Position numbers and translations under genes: made by a program
From: Eledone cirrhosa
Taxonomy: Eukaryota
DNA: 64,000 bases
NCBI GenBank assembly: GCA_964016885.1
Contig: OZ024748.1
Location: 39,680,001 to 39,744,000, forward strand
Reading direction: 5' to 3'
The notes under the pieces: generated by a model
Database searches by the model: none
What the model was told of the DNA's origin: nothing
What the model saw: the letters and a program-made list of their open reading frames with translations, nothing else
Part shown: piece after piece, positions 13,825-27,560 of the stretch
Numbering within the stretch: the stretch's first letter is position 1
Layout: every line of letters starts with the position of its first letter

Positions 13825-13862
13825 GCCAACAATGTTTCGTCCTATTAAGGACTCATCAGGGC
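13825..13862 (-). ncRNA. Minimal type I hammerhead ribozyme (Penelope-type)
   Basis: Minus strand: GCC CTGATGA GTCC ttaata GGAC GAAAC att GTT GGC. Confidence 0.75.
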
Positions 13863-15534
13863 AAATAAAACAACAAGAAGTATTATCGGCCAATACAAGC
13901 CAGAAACTCCGAAGAATATGGAGTGTACATACACTAAAGTATTGCAAGATTATGGGTAAAAATATATAATAAAAATTACCAAGGAGGAGTATAACATTTA
14001 GAACCATATTACAAATATAGTCCAAAGCAAAAACAATCCTAGAGCTAAACAAAGGTGGTTATATAGAGCAGGTATTATATATAATACAATATAATATAAT
14101 ATAATATAATATACCAATATTAAAATTACAATAAAAATCAAAAGGTACAATATACATATGTATATATATACGCACACGTACGCACATATACACATACATC
14201 AATACACATATCCATCTTCAACAGCACAAATTAAACCTTATTAAGAGTTTAAATATAAATAAGCATGATAGGAATAAAAATAATAATAATAATAATACAT
14301 ATACCCAATATACATGAGGTAATAATATGATATTATTATAAGTAGCACATATAATATATAATAAGCTATACAATTATATACTATATAATATAATATAATA
14401 GAATAGATAGTCTCCGGTTAATTTACACAAACAATATAGATGTCACAATAATACTATAATAATAATATAATATAATAACATATATAATATACAATATATA
14501 ATGGCATTGAAGTTAACAAATCAATTCATATAGAGTTACAGAGTAGGTGAGGAAAATAAATTGTACAATATCCAAAATTATGATGGTACAAAAATATAAA
14601 CATCGTACATGGTATATAAAGTTTAACATATCACATTGTTACATATAATCAACGGTAAGTAATAAGGATCGATGGTCCTATAACCAATACAATATAAAAT
14701 AATTAACATAATATAATATATAATTACTTATAATTACAAGGTTGGTAAACAGACAAAAATATATGTGGATGAGTGAGTAAGGGCCAGACAGTAAATATAA
14801 AGCACAGTAGTATTACAAATAAAATAAAATAAAATAAAATAAATAGATAGAATCAGCCGGAAATTAAAAAACAAAAACAAAAGTATACATTCAGGTCTCA
14901 CATGCCGTTAAGTAAAAACTTAGGAAATAACCCCGGTAAATGACTCGAAAACCCTATTTGATAAATTAATATTAAAAAATGCTTCAAATATCCAATAAGG
15001 CAATACTATATTAGCTATGGTTTAAGTAATCAAAGTTTATAAACGTTAATATTTCATTACAAATATTTACAAAAAGGAATGACATTTTTTACTATCATAT
15101 ACATAACGATATCTAAAAAACTGACTTAAGCAGAATTATGGTAGGCTAATAGGGACAGAAATAGAGAAATATATGGAGGATACAAAGGGGCATAAAATCA
15201 TAGTCCATATACTATATTAAATATTAGAAAGGAGCGTAAAAGATGGGGGAGGATTAAATATAATTATAATCAATTTGGAGGGGTTGACAATAAGTTTATG
15301 TGCGCATGGGGGGAGGGGGGGGGGGTTATCCAAAGAAGAATCCAAATAAAAATAAAAATAAAATAAAATAAAATAAAGAAAAGTGAAATAAAATAAAATA
15401 ATGTAAAATATATAATCAGATATATACTCATAAGGTGTTAATAGTGAAAATTTAATGCGTAAGAAGATAGATATGGTATAGTAGCCAAAAGATTATGAGA
15501 GCTAGAATAAAGAGTTGTCAAAAACCAATGATAA

Positions 15535-15672
15535 TAATTGTTTCTACTTTTTGGCACAAGGCCAGCAATTACCCAGTACATTACTGGTACTTTATTTTAT
15601 CGACCCCGAAAGGATGAAAGGCAAAGTTAACCTCGGCAGGATTTGAACTCGGATCAGAAAGGGGCGTAACTC
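15535..15672 (-). mobile_element. Octopus-type tRNA-derived SINE (family A), partial
   Basis: Reverse complement of gagttcaaatcc..gccgaggttaactttgcctttcatcc..ggggtcgataaaataaagtaccagt. Confidence 0.8.
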
Positions 15673-16089
15673 GGTACTAAAAACCAATGATAATAATGAT
15701 GATAATAATGGTGGTAAACAAAAAACAAAAAGATCTAAACTAAAAAATAAGTAATGGAACATATCAGCTAACGGATAAAATTTATAGTACTAGAACCTTT
15801 AGGTTTATAATAAAAGTAAGAATTAGAAATAGCGTGGGGGCAAGAAGAGAATATCTCAGACTTTCTATTAAGTAAGGATTCGCTAGAGAAAATTATAGAG
15901 TGTGTCTCGAGGATACAGAGATTACAAAATTTAGTATATATATATAGTAATAAGCAGCGATTCTTTGCTTAAACTTTTGTATATATATATAGAGAGAGAG
16001 ATACATATAGATATAGATATATGTATATGTGTATATATGTGTGTGTATATGTATATATGTGTGTATATATATATGTATATATAAGTTTA

Positions 16090-16357
16090 ATCTAACCCTA
16101 ACTCTAAACCTAACTCTAACCCTACCTCTAAATTTAAGTTTAATTTCTAAACCTAACCCTAACCCTAACTCTAACTCTAACTGTAACCCTAACCCTAACT
16201 CTAACTCTAACCCTAACTCTAACCCTAACTCTAAACCTAACTCTAACTCTAACTCTAAACCTAACTCTAGCCCTACCTCTAACCCTAACTCTAAATCTAA
16301 CTCCAACCCTACCTCTAACTCTAAACCTACCTCTAACTCTAACCCTACCTCTAACTC
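16090..16357. repeat. Degenerate telomere-like (TAACYC)n array
   Basis: CCCTAA/CTCTAA hexamers. Confidence 0.85.
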
Positions 16358-16359
16358 TC

Positions 16360-16767
16360 CGGCCATTCCCTGGTTAACTTTTTCAAGTTTCACTTGAAGA
16401 GGAAAATCAAGGTGGAGAGGCAAGTGCTGTCTTCTAGTAAGTTTGTTGAAAGGTGGGTGAAAGTGGCGAGTCTAGTCCGAGTGAACGGGCCCGCTCTGAG
16501 GATGCACCTGTGAACTGAGGAGTGGGAAAACTGAGAGAGGGCGCTTGCCCTGGTGGTCAGGGTGGCCGTGATCTTTTGTGTGGTTTTCGCCACGAGTGAC
16601 CCTCTGAGATTTCCCCCTTTTGGGGGAATTTTTGTTGTTTGAATTTTTTTTTTTCTAACTTGTTATAACCTTTTTACACGGCCAAAACCCACTTTGTATT
16701 GTCGTGTACTGTTCTGTGCCGTCTGTAATGTTTTTCTTCCTGTTAGCCCTTGTGGCCAATAAAGAAA
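16360..16767 (+). mobile_element. 3' fragment of a Tx1 element
   Basis: Encodes HLKRKIKVERQVLSSSKFVERWVKVA..VNGP, homologous to the ORF2 ends above; ends tgtggccAATAAAGAAA. Confidence 0.85.
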
Positions 16768-16776
16768 CCATTATTA

Positions 16777-17170
16777 AGGGTCGGACACCATGCTTTGACG
16801 CATAGTTACGGCCCTTGCCATTCTGAGTTCAAATCCCGCCGAGGTTAACTTTGCCTTTCATTCTTACGGGGTCGATAAAATAAAGTACCAGTCACGCACT
16901 GGGGTCGATTTAATCGACTTTCCCCTCCCCCAGAATTGCTGGCCTTGTGCCTATAGAAGAAATCATTATTATTATTGTTCTGGGCGGTGGATTGGCAGTA
17001 TCGGTAGAGGGTCGGACGCCATGCTTTCCAGTTAAGTTACGTCCCTTTACGATCTGAGTTCAAATCCCGCCGAGGTTGACTTTGCCTTTCATCCTTACGG
17101 GGTCGATAAAATAAAGTACCAGTAATGAACTGGATAATTTCTGGCCTTGTGCCTAAAGTAGAAACAATTA
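16777..17170 (+). mobile_element. Two tandem family-A SINEs
   Basis: B-box-like gagttcaaatccc plus conserved body; (ATT)n tails. Confidence 0.85.
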
Positions 17171-17174
17171 TTAT

Positions 17175-18830
17175 TATTGTTCCTTGAGACTCAGTCATTG
17201 ATGTTATTTAACTGGAAAGTTTGTTGAAATGAATATCAAGCCGCTACCTGCAGCCTCAGATATTCAGGACGTATTGGAGGGTTCTTGCTGTTCCCAGCAA
17301 GCATGCCTTTTGAAGTGTTCCAAAAAGCGGGGCTGGACTAATCTTCTTTAACCATCCTTGGAAACTCTTTGAGATAGTACCTAGTGCGCCTATGACAATC
17401 GGGACGACCTTGATTTCATGGCAGTTCCAAATCCTTTTTAACTCTCACTTTAAGTCCTGATATCGGTTAATTTTCTCCCTCTCCTTTTCTTGTACTCTCG
17501 TGAAAAATGGGCAGGCTACATCTACAATCAGGCACGATCTTTTTTCCTTGTCCAAAACCACCAGGTCAGGTCTATTGTGTTCTAATTTCTTGTCCGTCTG
17601 TATCCTAAAATCCCACAGCACCTTCACCTGATCGTTTTCTATCACCGACTCTGGCTTATGCTCATGCCACTTCTCAGAATGTGGTAAATTGTTTCCTTTG
17701 TATAGATGCCAGTGGATCACCCTGCCCATCACATCATGTCTCCAGCCTTTATAGTGAGTCTGGGCTTGGTGTTTACACTCGGATACAATGTGAGTCTCAG
17801 TCTCCTCTCTCTCCACAGATCCTACACATTGGACTAGCCTCCTTGTAAATATGGCGTTTCACCCACTTCGTTCTGAGGGCCTGCTCTTGCGCAGCCATTA
17901 GCATTCCTTCTGTAGCTTTTTTAAGGTCTCCTCTTTTTAACCAGTTCCATGTCTGTGGATCTCTAAATTCAGTTTTCCTAAAGAAGGTACTATGAAGGGA
18001 TATTTCATGAAGGTTGCTCTTCCTCCTTGTTGTTATTTCCTCCTTGGACATCCCCTGGTCTATTGTCTTCTCCTTCAGTACAATTTTGAGCATTGGCTCC
18101 TTACTGTCAGTCGCGTATTTGTGCTAGTCTTTCTATCCATTTCTTTTTGTTCAGCAACATTCTATTTCAGAATAGACACAGCTCGGGAATTCACTGCACT
18201 TATGACATTCCTACTGTTCAGGTGTGACTTTAATACGCTCCTTACTCTCCTTATGTACTCAGATCTTATCAATTCCTTCATTTTTTTGTTCTTGATGTCA
18301 TCTGCCTCCCGAACACCTAAATATTTGTATCCTTCTTCAGTGTCAATTTCCTTTATCATCTCATCTGTTGGTACATGGATTCCGTTGCTTCTGCTCAATT
18401 TACCCCTCTTCATCACTAGGACTCCACACTTATTAATACCAAATTGCATACATATATCATTGCTGAAAATACGGACAGTGTCAACAAGCACATCCAACTC
18501 CTTCTCACTCTTCCCGAAGAGCTTAAGTTCGTCCATGAAGAGGAGGTGATTGATGGTAAGCTCTCCTTTTCCCAACTTGTATCCTGCTCTCACTTTTCGC
18601 AATATAATGGTCAGGGGTATCAAGGCAAGGACAAACAGCAGAGGGGACAAACTCTCTCCCTGGAAGATACCTCTCTTGATCTTCACGCCTCCCAAGGATT
18701 CTCCACTCGATGTTAACTCTGTTTCTCAGGACTTCATACTTTTGCTCAACAACTGTCTGATGTTATCTGCCACCTTGAAGATCTCTAGGCTTTTGGTGAT
18801 CCAAGAATGAGGTACCATGTCGAATACCTT
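17175..18830 (-). mobile_element. R4/Dong-like RLE non-LTR retrotransposon, 5'-truncated, frameshifted
   Basis: RT (RGIFQGESLSPLLF, HLLFMDELKL, YKYLG), CRIC..ET.HIVSEC, RHD, PDLVV..IVDVACP restriction-like nuclease; 3' end abuts (TAA)n. Confidence 0.85.
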
Positions 18831-18867
18831 TTAGCAGTAGCAGTAGTAATGTTATTATTAAAATTGC

Positions 18868-19058
18868 CAGTGGATTGGCAGTATCGGTAGAGGGTCGGAC
18901 GCCCTGCTTTATAGCAAAGAGTTACGGCCCTTTATGTTCTGAGTTCAAATCCCGCCGAGGTTAACTTTGCCTTTCATCCTTACGGGGTCGATAAAATAAA
19001 GTACCAGTAATACACTGGGATAATTGCTGGCCTTGTGCCAAAAGTAGAAACAATTATT
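18868..19058 (+). mobile_element. Family-A SINE
   Basis: Same head and body as 16981-17170. Confidence 0.85.
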
Positions 19059-19394
19059 AAAATTGCCTTTTCTATATCCTACACTGTTACGTAAACCCTC
19101 CCTTTTCTATCGCCTCTCTCTCTTTCTTTCTGCCTCAATACATACATACAGACAGACACACACACGCTATCTATCTAGGACATAATTATTCCACGATCGA
19201 CAAGTAACAGTACACAATAGCGCACTTATGACAGGCCAGAGATTTGCGTGGGAGGTGATCTACCATAAATAACATCAATTCTACGAAACATCTGCCAAAC
19301 CAACAAGAAACAGCCATGGACTTCTCCGATCTGTAAGAAAATCTTCTTTTCAATATTTTTTTCGAAATTATATATATGTGTATATATATATATG

Positions 19395-19476
<82 letters not shown>

Positions 19477-19562
19477 TGTATATATATATATATAGCGGCG
19501 ATGAATTAGTTTTGCGAGGTTTTTTATATGAAATCGTGTGTCGAAACAAATATTGTTATACT

Positions 19563-20328
19563 TGGGGAGGGTCATATTTGTGTAACATTGCCAGAATTAA
19601 TAACAGAACACACTCACTGTTTGGTTGGTTTTCGCTTCTCGCTGTCTTTTATATCGGTAATCTAACTTACTCGGTCCTCAATGCTGCCATTGACTGACCG
19701 ACGGTCAAAAATAATACAGATACAATATAGACACAAACACATATATATAGTTTATCATAAATCTTTCGTTGCACATCTGCAACATCGTTAGTGGTGTTAT
19801 ATTTTCCTCCTGTTGTGTTGTATGTCTACGCCATTTTTATTCAGTCTGTCTATATATTTATTTATTTATTTGCTTGTTTGTTTATTTTATTTCGTCTTCT
19901 TTGCGCATGCGTTTGCGTGTGTGTATAGTGTTATGTTTGCTGTGTGATGGGTGACTAGTGTGTGTTTATGTGCTTGTTGTTATTGTGCTTGTGTATGTAT
20001 TTATTTATTTATTTATCTTATTTTATTAACTTATTTATACTTCTCTTAGGTCAGTATTGTTTGTTTGGGTGTTGTTGTTATTCCATTCATTCTTTCTGTT
20101 TAGCTTTGGTCTTCTAATTTCTATTTCACTGGCCTCTCTGATTTGCCTATCTGCTGGGTCATTTCTATGTTTAGATATTATTCTAATTTCTATGTTGTCT
20201 ATGTTACCGTCATGTTGTTGTCTAGCATGTTCGTATAGTACTGAGTACTATACGAACATGCTAGACATCAACATGACGGTAACATAGACAACATATTCTG
20301 GCAATATTACACAAATATGACCCTCCCC
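19563..20328. mobile_element. Non-autonomous element with ~33-bp inverted ends, flanked by TA-rich sequence
   Basis: ggggagggtcatatttgtgtaacattgccagaa ... ttctggcaatattacacaaatatgaccctcccc; inverted partial copy at ~60310-60900. Confidence 0.7.
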
Positions 20329-20388
<60 letters not shown>

Positions 20389-20403
20389 GTATATATGTAT
20401 ATA

Positions 20404-20599
<196 letters not shown>

Positions 20600-20607
20600 C
20601 ATACATA

Positions 20608-21246
20608 CGGGGGTTGGACAAAATAATGGAAACACCTAGCATCATAGAATCATAATTTTGAAATATCTATAAAACCGTCAAAAGCTTGTTTATTTTTATT
20701 GTTCTCGAGGTGGTCATTAAGTTTGGTAGTAATTTTGGTAGTAATTTTGGTAGTAATTTTGGTAGTAATTTGGCAGTAATTGTGGTAGTAATTTGGCAGT
20801 AATTTTGGGAGCTGTACTTTTGTGATCCTTTCTAACAATTCGCGTAAGAGTCCCACGGTATCTATCTGAAAGTTTTGGTTTTCTTCCGGAGTTTTGTTTC
20901 GACGAGGAGATTTTTCCCTCTTTCTCAAAGACTGTCATTACTTTCGAGACAGTACTTCTTGATACACCAAACATTTCGGCTGTTTTCGTTACGCTAGCGC
21001 CTGCCATACGAGCACCAACAATTTGACCTCTTTGAAAGTCCGATAGATCTGTCATTTTAATGAATTTTAATTACCTTTTTCTGATGATATCTGGAGAGAA
21101 ACAGCAATTTTAACAAATCATATTAAGCAACACTAATAATAAATATAAAAAAACATAAAAATAAACAATCTTTTGACGGTTTTATAGATATTTCAAAATT
21201 ATGATGCTATGATGCTAGGTGTTTCCATTATTTTGTCGAACCCCTG
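20608..21246 (-). mobile_element. Internally deleted Tc1 transposon
   Basis: ~80-bp TIRs (C(A/G)GGGGTT..), TA flanks, N-terminal transposase HTH (LSDFQRGQIVGARMAG..FGVSRSTVSKV..SGRKPKL) at 20800-21055, 12-bp internal repeat expansion. Confidence 0.9.
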
Positions 21247-21291
21247 TATATATATATATATATACATAATGTATAATATATATACATAATG

Positions 21292-21362
<71 letters not shown>

Positions 21363-21416
21363 ATATATATAGTGACGAAACATAAGTCAATTGCATGAAC
21401 TTATAATCCTTTATTT

Positions 21417-21472
21417 ACTGCTATGTATATTTCGATGATAGCCATTGAGTGGCTATGACCTCATCAGGCAGT
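21417..21472 (-). ncRNA. Type I hammerhead ribozyme (Penelope-type)
   Basis: Minus strand: ACTGC CTGATGA GGTCATAGCCA ctcaa TGGCTATCATC GAAAT atac ATA GCAGT. Confidence 0.78.
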
Positions 21473-21540
21473 TAGTAAGTTCTTAGATATGCCAGCTCTG
21501 TGCTTATGGTGTTGATTGTATCAGAGCCTTGGAGCACATC

Positions 21541-21586
<46 letters not shown>

Positions 21587-21639
21587 ATGTATAATATATA
21601 TATATAATGTATAGCTATACACTGTATATATAATCATAC

Positions 21640-21683
<44 letters not shown>

Positions 21684-21719
21684 CATATTCCAGCATAGCT
21701 ACGTCCGTTAACGATCTTA

Positions 21720-21832
21720 GTTCAAATCCCGACGAGGTTGACTTTGCCTTTCATCCTTACTGGGTCGATAAAATAAAGAAGCAGTAATGTACTGGGTAAT
21801 TGCTGGCCTTGTGCCAAAAAGATGAAACAATT
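21720..21832 (+). mobile_element. Family-A SINE, partial
   Basis: ttcaaatcccgacgaggttgactttgcctttcatcc body. Confidence 0.75.
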
Positions 21833-22128
21833 ATATATATATATAATATATAATATAGATATGTATATATATAATGTAGTGTGTGTTAGTGTGTATATAT
21901 GTATGTATATATATATACATGTGTGTGTGTGTAACAATTGTTCTCGGTATGGTGAACTAACTGTTGTGTTAAAGGGTGAAAGCAGCGATTCTTTGCTTAA
22001 ACTTTAATCTGTTATTTTAATAAATATTTCCTCTAGGGTTCTTATATATTTGATATATATTTATCCTTATCGAGCCCTCTTTGGATTTTAGTCTTCATAT
22101 TTATTATTATTATTACTATATATATATA

Positions 22129-22952
22129 CTAGCTGAGGTACCCGGTTATACCCGGGAGCGGGAGCATTCCCAGTTCCCATTAAAATGCCCAATGCCTCTC
22201 AGACTAAAAATGAAATACAAATATACGACAGATAATCAAAAGCGAAGACAAATTCATTTACGAAACAATAATACAAACAAATATTGTTGATTACATTGGT
22301 CAGGTGAAAATATGTTCGTCAGAGAAGTTGAGTGTTGCTATAAATAAACAAATAGAACCCCATTAGGGTGTCTCAATATTATTGACATTTGCTGAAATTT
22401 TGTGAATAAGTATCATATCTTGTCATTTACCTATGATTTAAATTTCATATAAATCGAAGGGAAAACATTTTCAGTGGGGGTTTTCAACGGGGTTTTGTGC
22501 CCCTAGGGACCCTTTGATTAAAATGAAATATACTTATCGAAGTACCCTGGGCAATGTAGTTTTAAAATATATATGGTTATGGGGGTCTATCTCCAAAAAG
22601 CATAGGAGGAGTTCGTGAAATCTTGTTCCATTTATTGGCCAAAATGTTCACTATAGGGGGTTTAACCCCCAAAAGGGTGTCTTAATATTATTGAAATTTG
22701 CTGAATTTTTGTGAATAGGCATCATATCTTGTCATTTACCTATTGTTTAAATTTCTTATAAATCGATGGGAAAAAATTAAGCGGGGGTTTTCAGCAGAGG
22801 TTTGAACACCCGGGGAACCCTTTGATTAAAATGAAATATACGTAAGAAATCAAATGGGCATGAGCCCCCACACACGTGTCAAGCTACATCAAGATCCGTT
22901 TGTTAGTTTTTGAGTTTTAGGTTCACAAACAAACAAACAGACAGACATTGCC

Positions 22953-22960
<8 letters not shown>
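22129..22960 (-). mobile_element. Non-autonomous Helitron
   Basis: Minus-strand 3' end hairpin cccgggtataaccggg then CTAG-T; internal ~190-bp duplication; 5' part also at 34262-34513. Confidence 0.7.
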
Positions 22961-22997
<37 letters not shown>

Positions 22998-23001
<4 letters not shown>

Positions 23002-23888
23002 ACACCTTTCTAGTGGGTCCGGGTATGATTTTACATTCATTTAAATTATTGATGTATTGATTTATTGATATTTTTTATCTGATTGTCCCGAATCTTCTAT
23101 TATCGATTTTTTATCGTATCGTTGATTTTAGACTTGTTCTATGTGTGACGGTATTTTAACGATAGTTATAGCTCTGATTCATCTGAATTATTGAGCCCTC
23201 TCCCGCTCATTTCGAATTTTGTTTATCGTGAACTCGTGCGCCGATTTTTCGATACTCGATCATTCTAATATTTTTAGCTCTGGACATAGCTATCCACCAG
23301 TTAATTTTATTGCTCATTTTTTGTCGATTCTATTGAGTGATGAATAGCTCCTGTTTTATTTTAACATGTCTATTGAGCACTTTTATTCGATATGTGTATT
23401 TCCACATTTCCTCGAATAGTTTTCGCGGATGTAGAGGTTATCTCCCTTGCCGGATTCCATGTGCGTATTTTGCTTGTAGTTAGCCTCTTATCCGCTAGGA
23501 CGAAGCTCGTTGAAGAAGTAAACTTCCAGTCCGCTTGCTCTAGAAGTCTTATATATTTATATGTGAGCTGATAGAGTACAGTCTAAGGATTTACAGAAAC
23601 CCAAGAAGCTAGATTTTACACCTTTCTAGTGGGTCCGGGTATGATTTTACATTCATTTAAATTATTGATGTATTGATTTATTGATATTTTTTATCTGATT
23701 GTCCCGAATCTTCTGTTATCGATTTTTTATCGTATGGTTGATTTTAGACTTGTTCTATGTGTGACGGTATTTTAACGATAGTTATAGCTCTGATTCATCT
23801 GAATTATTGAGCCCTCTGCCGCTCATTTCGAATTTTGTTTATCGTGAACTCGTGCGACGATTTTTCGATACTCGATCATTCTAATATA
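22998..23888. repeat. Direct repeat (~270 bp at 22998 and 23615) within a TA microsatellite; Penelope pseudo-LTR-like
   Basis: tttacacctttctagtgggtccgggtatg... occurs twice. Confidence 0.6.
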
Positions 23889-24409
23889 TATATATATATA
23901 TATATATACTATAAAGCTAACGGCCGTATGTATGTAACAAACTTTTCGCCAAACGGCTGGACCAAACAGCACCAAATTTGCACTATAGATGTAACTTTTT
24001 CCAAGTAAAAAAGTGAGGGTATTTTTGTCTACTGAATTTTGTTAAAAGATTAAAGACATTACTTAAATATTCACTTCTTTAAAATTTCAAATGTCAACAC
24101 TTCCTGTTATACGACATTCCTCACTTTTTTTCGTCGCACAACATTCCCCTCTTTTTCTTAGTCTGTCTTTTTAGATAGATATAGGGCTATAACGTAGCGT
24201 CTTTATAATATGTCTCTGTATGTCTGGCTGTCTGTATTAGATAACGTTTTTCGAAATATTTACTTCTGGGTTCACAGATTGATATTTTTTAGTTTCAGAA
24301 GTTAAGGGTGAAAGCCTTTGCTTAAACATTGTTATTTTAATATATATATTCGTGTACAGATATTTTGCATACACAAAAACAAAAACCTATTTATTTCACT
24401 AAAGCACAG

Positions 24410-24860
24410 ACGGCTTATCGTCATTGTTACTGTTCGAGGTTAGAGGCCCACAGTCTATCCAAGATCTGAGAACCATCAATAGCCAACAATGTTCCACTTA
24501 CCGTTTGGCTTGCCAGATGCGTGGTTTGTTACACGATGACACCTATTGGCACCTCACACTGCAAGAAGCAGCAACTGCTAAAGTCCCTTCTCAGCTGCGA
24601 AAACCTTTTGCTATTATGCTGCACAACTGTGATCTCGCCACCCCGAAAGTCTAGCTGAGGACATCCTCCACCGCACACGCAGACACAATCCGAGCGTAAG
24701 ATACGATGTCTTTTTCAATGAGGCGCTCATCTGTCTTGAAAACAGTGTCCTGGAGATTGGTGGTAGGCTTCTAAGTCACTACAGCTTACCTGCTCCTGAC
24801 AGGAGTGTCCTGAGGTCAATGTCTACAGAGCTTCTCCGCGAGACGAGCTACGAGATCAGT
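24410..24860 (+). pseudogene. Helitron RepHel fragment
   Basis: LLFEVRGPQSIQDLRTIN..TYRLACQMRGLLHDD.YW..TLQEA..LR..F..ML..C matches the Rep-helicase linker region; stops and frameshifts. Confidence 0.8.
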
Positions 24861-25214
24861 GCTTCTCCAGTGGTCAATTGTATGTAGGATGCTGAAAGAA
24901 AAAGAGAAAAATTTCAAATCTTTTATGTGGGATATGCAAATGAAGTAGAAGAGTAGACTGAAAATATCGTTATATTTAGACGCCAGGTACATTTAAATAA
25001 TTATTAGGATACTTTATAAAAGAAGATGAAGCAGAAGAAGGAAGAAAGATAGGCTCATATTATTATTAGGGTGCAAGTAGATTTAAAAATTTAAAATGTG
25101 TTGAAGTGGTAGAATACTAAAGCAAAAAGTGTTCAATATATAACCAAATCATGAGTTATAATATATATATAATGTATATAATTATATTTTAAGGAATTAA
25201 GGTTGTAGGTACAC

Positions 25215-25328
25215 TTTAGCTTATTATATTGCAACCAGTCAATTTAGCTTATTATATTGAAACCAGTCAATTTAGCTTATTATATGGAAACCAGTCAATT
25301 TAGCTTATTATATTGCAACCAGTCAATT
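25215..25328. repeat. 28-bp tandem repeat x4
   Basis: tttagcttattatattgcaaccagtcaa. Confidence 0.85.
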
Positions 25329-25599
25329 ATATACATATTTATATAAATAGATAAAAATATATACATGCTGTTATTAATTCAAATATAATTTAAGGGTTAC
25401 GAAGGATATGTGTTTACATTTTCAATATATAGTTAAGAAAAAAAAGTCCAAGATGGCACGGATGGGGTGGGCAGGAAGGAGACGTCCATACCATAATGCC
25501 AATGTAAGACAGTAGCTATTGTCATTTTATCGTGTCAGTTGATATTACGTTAAATATAATTCCGGTTTTATCTGTGATTTACTGATATAGCTTACGTCA

Positions 25600-25990
25600 A
25601 TTGTTTCTTCTTCGTCCAGTTATTTCTGAGAGGGTCGTGGGGGTCAGAGTCCTCCAACACTCCTTCCAGCAAGTCATGTCAGAAGCAACCGTTTCCAACT
25701 GATCCGGCTGGATCTCCCAAGCATGACCAGCCAAGCTCATGGATCTTAGCAAACCATCTTACTCAGGGTGGGTCGATCCCTGGGTTTCTTGTCGGTTTGT
25801 TTTGCCCGTAAAATCTGTCCGGTGATTCTTTCCTGAGACATTCTAACCACATGTCCATAGTATCAGAGCTGTGATCTCTCAATTCGGAGAAGTAGCGGCT
25901 CTACCTGGAGTAACTCTCTGATCTCAGAACTACGCACCCTATCGAGTAACATTACTCCAAAGACCCTTCAGAGGAATCCCATTTCGGCCG
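25600..25990 (-). mobile_element. RTE-clade LINE 3' fragment
   Basis: Homologous to 29280-29680 and 35400-35640; minus strand encodes AAEMGFL..RSSEIRE..IERSQL.YYGHVVRM. Confidence 0.75.
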
Positions 25991-26062
25991 CTTGTATTGT
26001 TTCTATTTACGAAATAACACAACTGAGGATTTTAATAGTGTCAAATTTTCGTTTCCTTTCAG

Positions 26063-27560
26063 TTCCGACTTTATCGAACCATTTAAAATACATATTGTAG
26101 AGAACATAAAGATCAATAACCGTAACGACAGATTAATTGCTCTCGAGAAAGCTGACTACAACATTTTTAAATTACAACCTGAAGATGTCATGATCGATTT
26201 CCTTACAGATGCTGGCACTAATGCTTTCAGTCTTGAACAAAACGCAAGAATATGGATGGGTGATGAAAGTTATGCCGGATCTACTAGTTATGAAACTTTG
26301 AAAGACACGGCAACATATATTTCTGGTTTTGAAAACATTCTGCCAGTTTTTTCTGAATGCATCAGCGAAGAGATTGTCGCTTCTTATTTCACAAAAGCTG
26401 GAGATAAGGTTATTGGGAATACTTTTACTTATTCACTTGAGAAGCATATAAAGGATCTTCATGCTGAAGCGATTTCTTTGTTAGATTGGTCAGATAATAA
26501 TTTTGCAGGAAATCTAGATGTTCAAGCACTCAAAAACTTATTGGCAGAAAATGATAAAAAATCAATTTCCTTTCTTATAATGAATGTACCAGCAAAAAGT
26601 AGTGGTGGCCAACCAGTTAGTATGTCAAACATGAAAGCAGTTTCTGATCTCTGTCGCGAACATTCGATTCCGATATACATCGAAAGTAGTATGTATGGTG
26701 AGAACTGTTGGCTCAATAAAATGTACGAAGAGGCTTACTTCAATAAATCGTTAGTTGAGATATCGCAAGAAATGTTTTCTTTTTTCGATGGCTGCATTAT
26801 TTCTGCTAAAAGAGATGGTAGAAGTGAGATTGGAAGTGTCATTTGTCTTCAAGACAAAGAAATGACTCGAAAATTGGGCACTGTTATTACTCTTAAAGCA
26901 GGTTTCATAACTTATGGTGGGATGGCTGGCCGAGATATGGAAATGGTAGCGGTTGGCATGCGAGGTGCTTTGGATGAACAACTGCAAGACTATCGACAAA
27001 AACAATTGGCATTTTTCAAAAGATCCCTGAAGGAATTTGGTGTTCCGATTGTGGAGCCAGTCGGTTGTAATACCATCTTCATTGATGCCGAAAATGCTTT
27101 TCCTAACTGTAAACACGCGTTTTATCCAGCCTGGTCTTTATCTTGTGCTGTTTATATCGTCGGGGGTATCCGATGCGCAGAGTTTGGTCAAGTTACTCGT
27201 CCAACAAGCAGCTTACCCACTAATCATTTTCTGAAAGACCGAGAATTACTAAAGCTTGAGATACCTCGTTTCATCTATACGACTTGTCACATTTTCTATG
27301 TTGCCTATGTTTTCGCTCAGCTTATTTCACATGAAATGCTTTCTGGAATGAAACTTATTGCCTGCTCCGAAGACCAAATAAAACTCGTGAAAATAAAAAT
27401 GAAACCAAATCATTCTCTGGAATATGACGATATCCAACTCCTTCCGGTACAAGACTGTGAACACATTCACTTCTTTAAAAACATATATAATCAAAGAGTT
27501 ATGAAAAGAAATTCAATCGCCGAGGCATCTTCTATATGGTCAGTCGACATTCCTTCTTAA
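26063..27560 (+). CDS. Tryptophanase/tyrosine phenol-lyase family protein, paralog A (lacks PLP lysine; keeps trans-acting Tyr); spliced exon, 5' exon not certain
   Basis: Uninterrupted ~500-codon frame: EPFKI, IDFLTDAGT, GDESYAGS, GGQPVSM, SAKRDG, GFITYGGMAGRD, GIRCAE, LEIPR. Acceptor ttttcgtttcctttcAG at 26061-26062. The TTG start at 25992 is not credible. Confidence 0.85.

Noticed and set aside
24940-24990. CAG|GTACAT donor as first coding exon of paralog A
   Set aside because: Required frame has a TAG shortly upstream and no ATG after it
25992-26062. ORF-track N-terminus MYCFYLRNN... of paralog A
   Set aside because: Non-ATG start next to an RTE fragment; includes the polypyrimidine tract, so intronic
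26063-27560. Paralog A as a simple pseudogene
   Set aside because: No stops or frameshifts over ~500 codons despite deep divergence from B; losses concentrate on same-subunit catalytic residues
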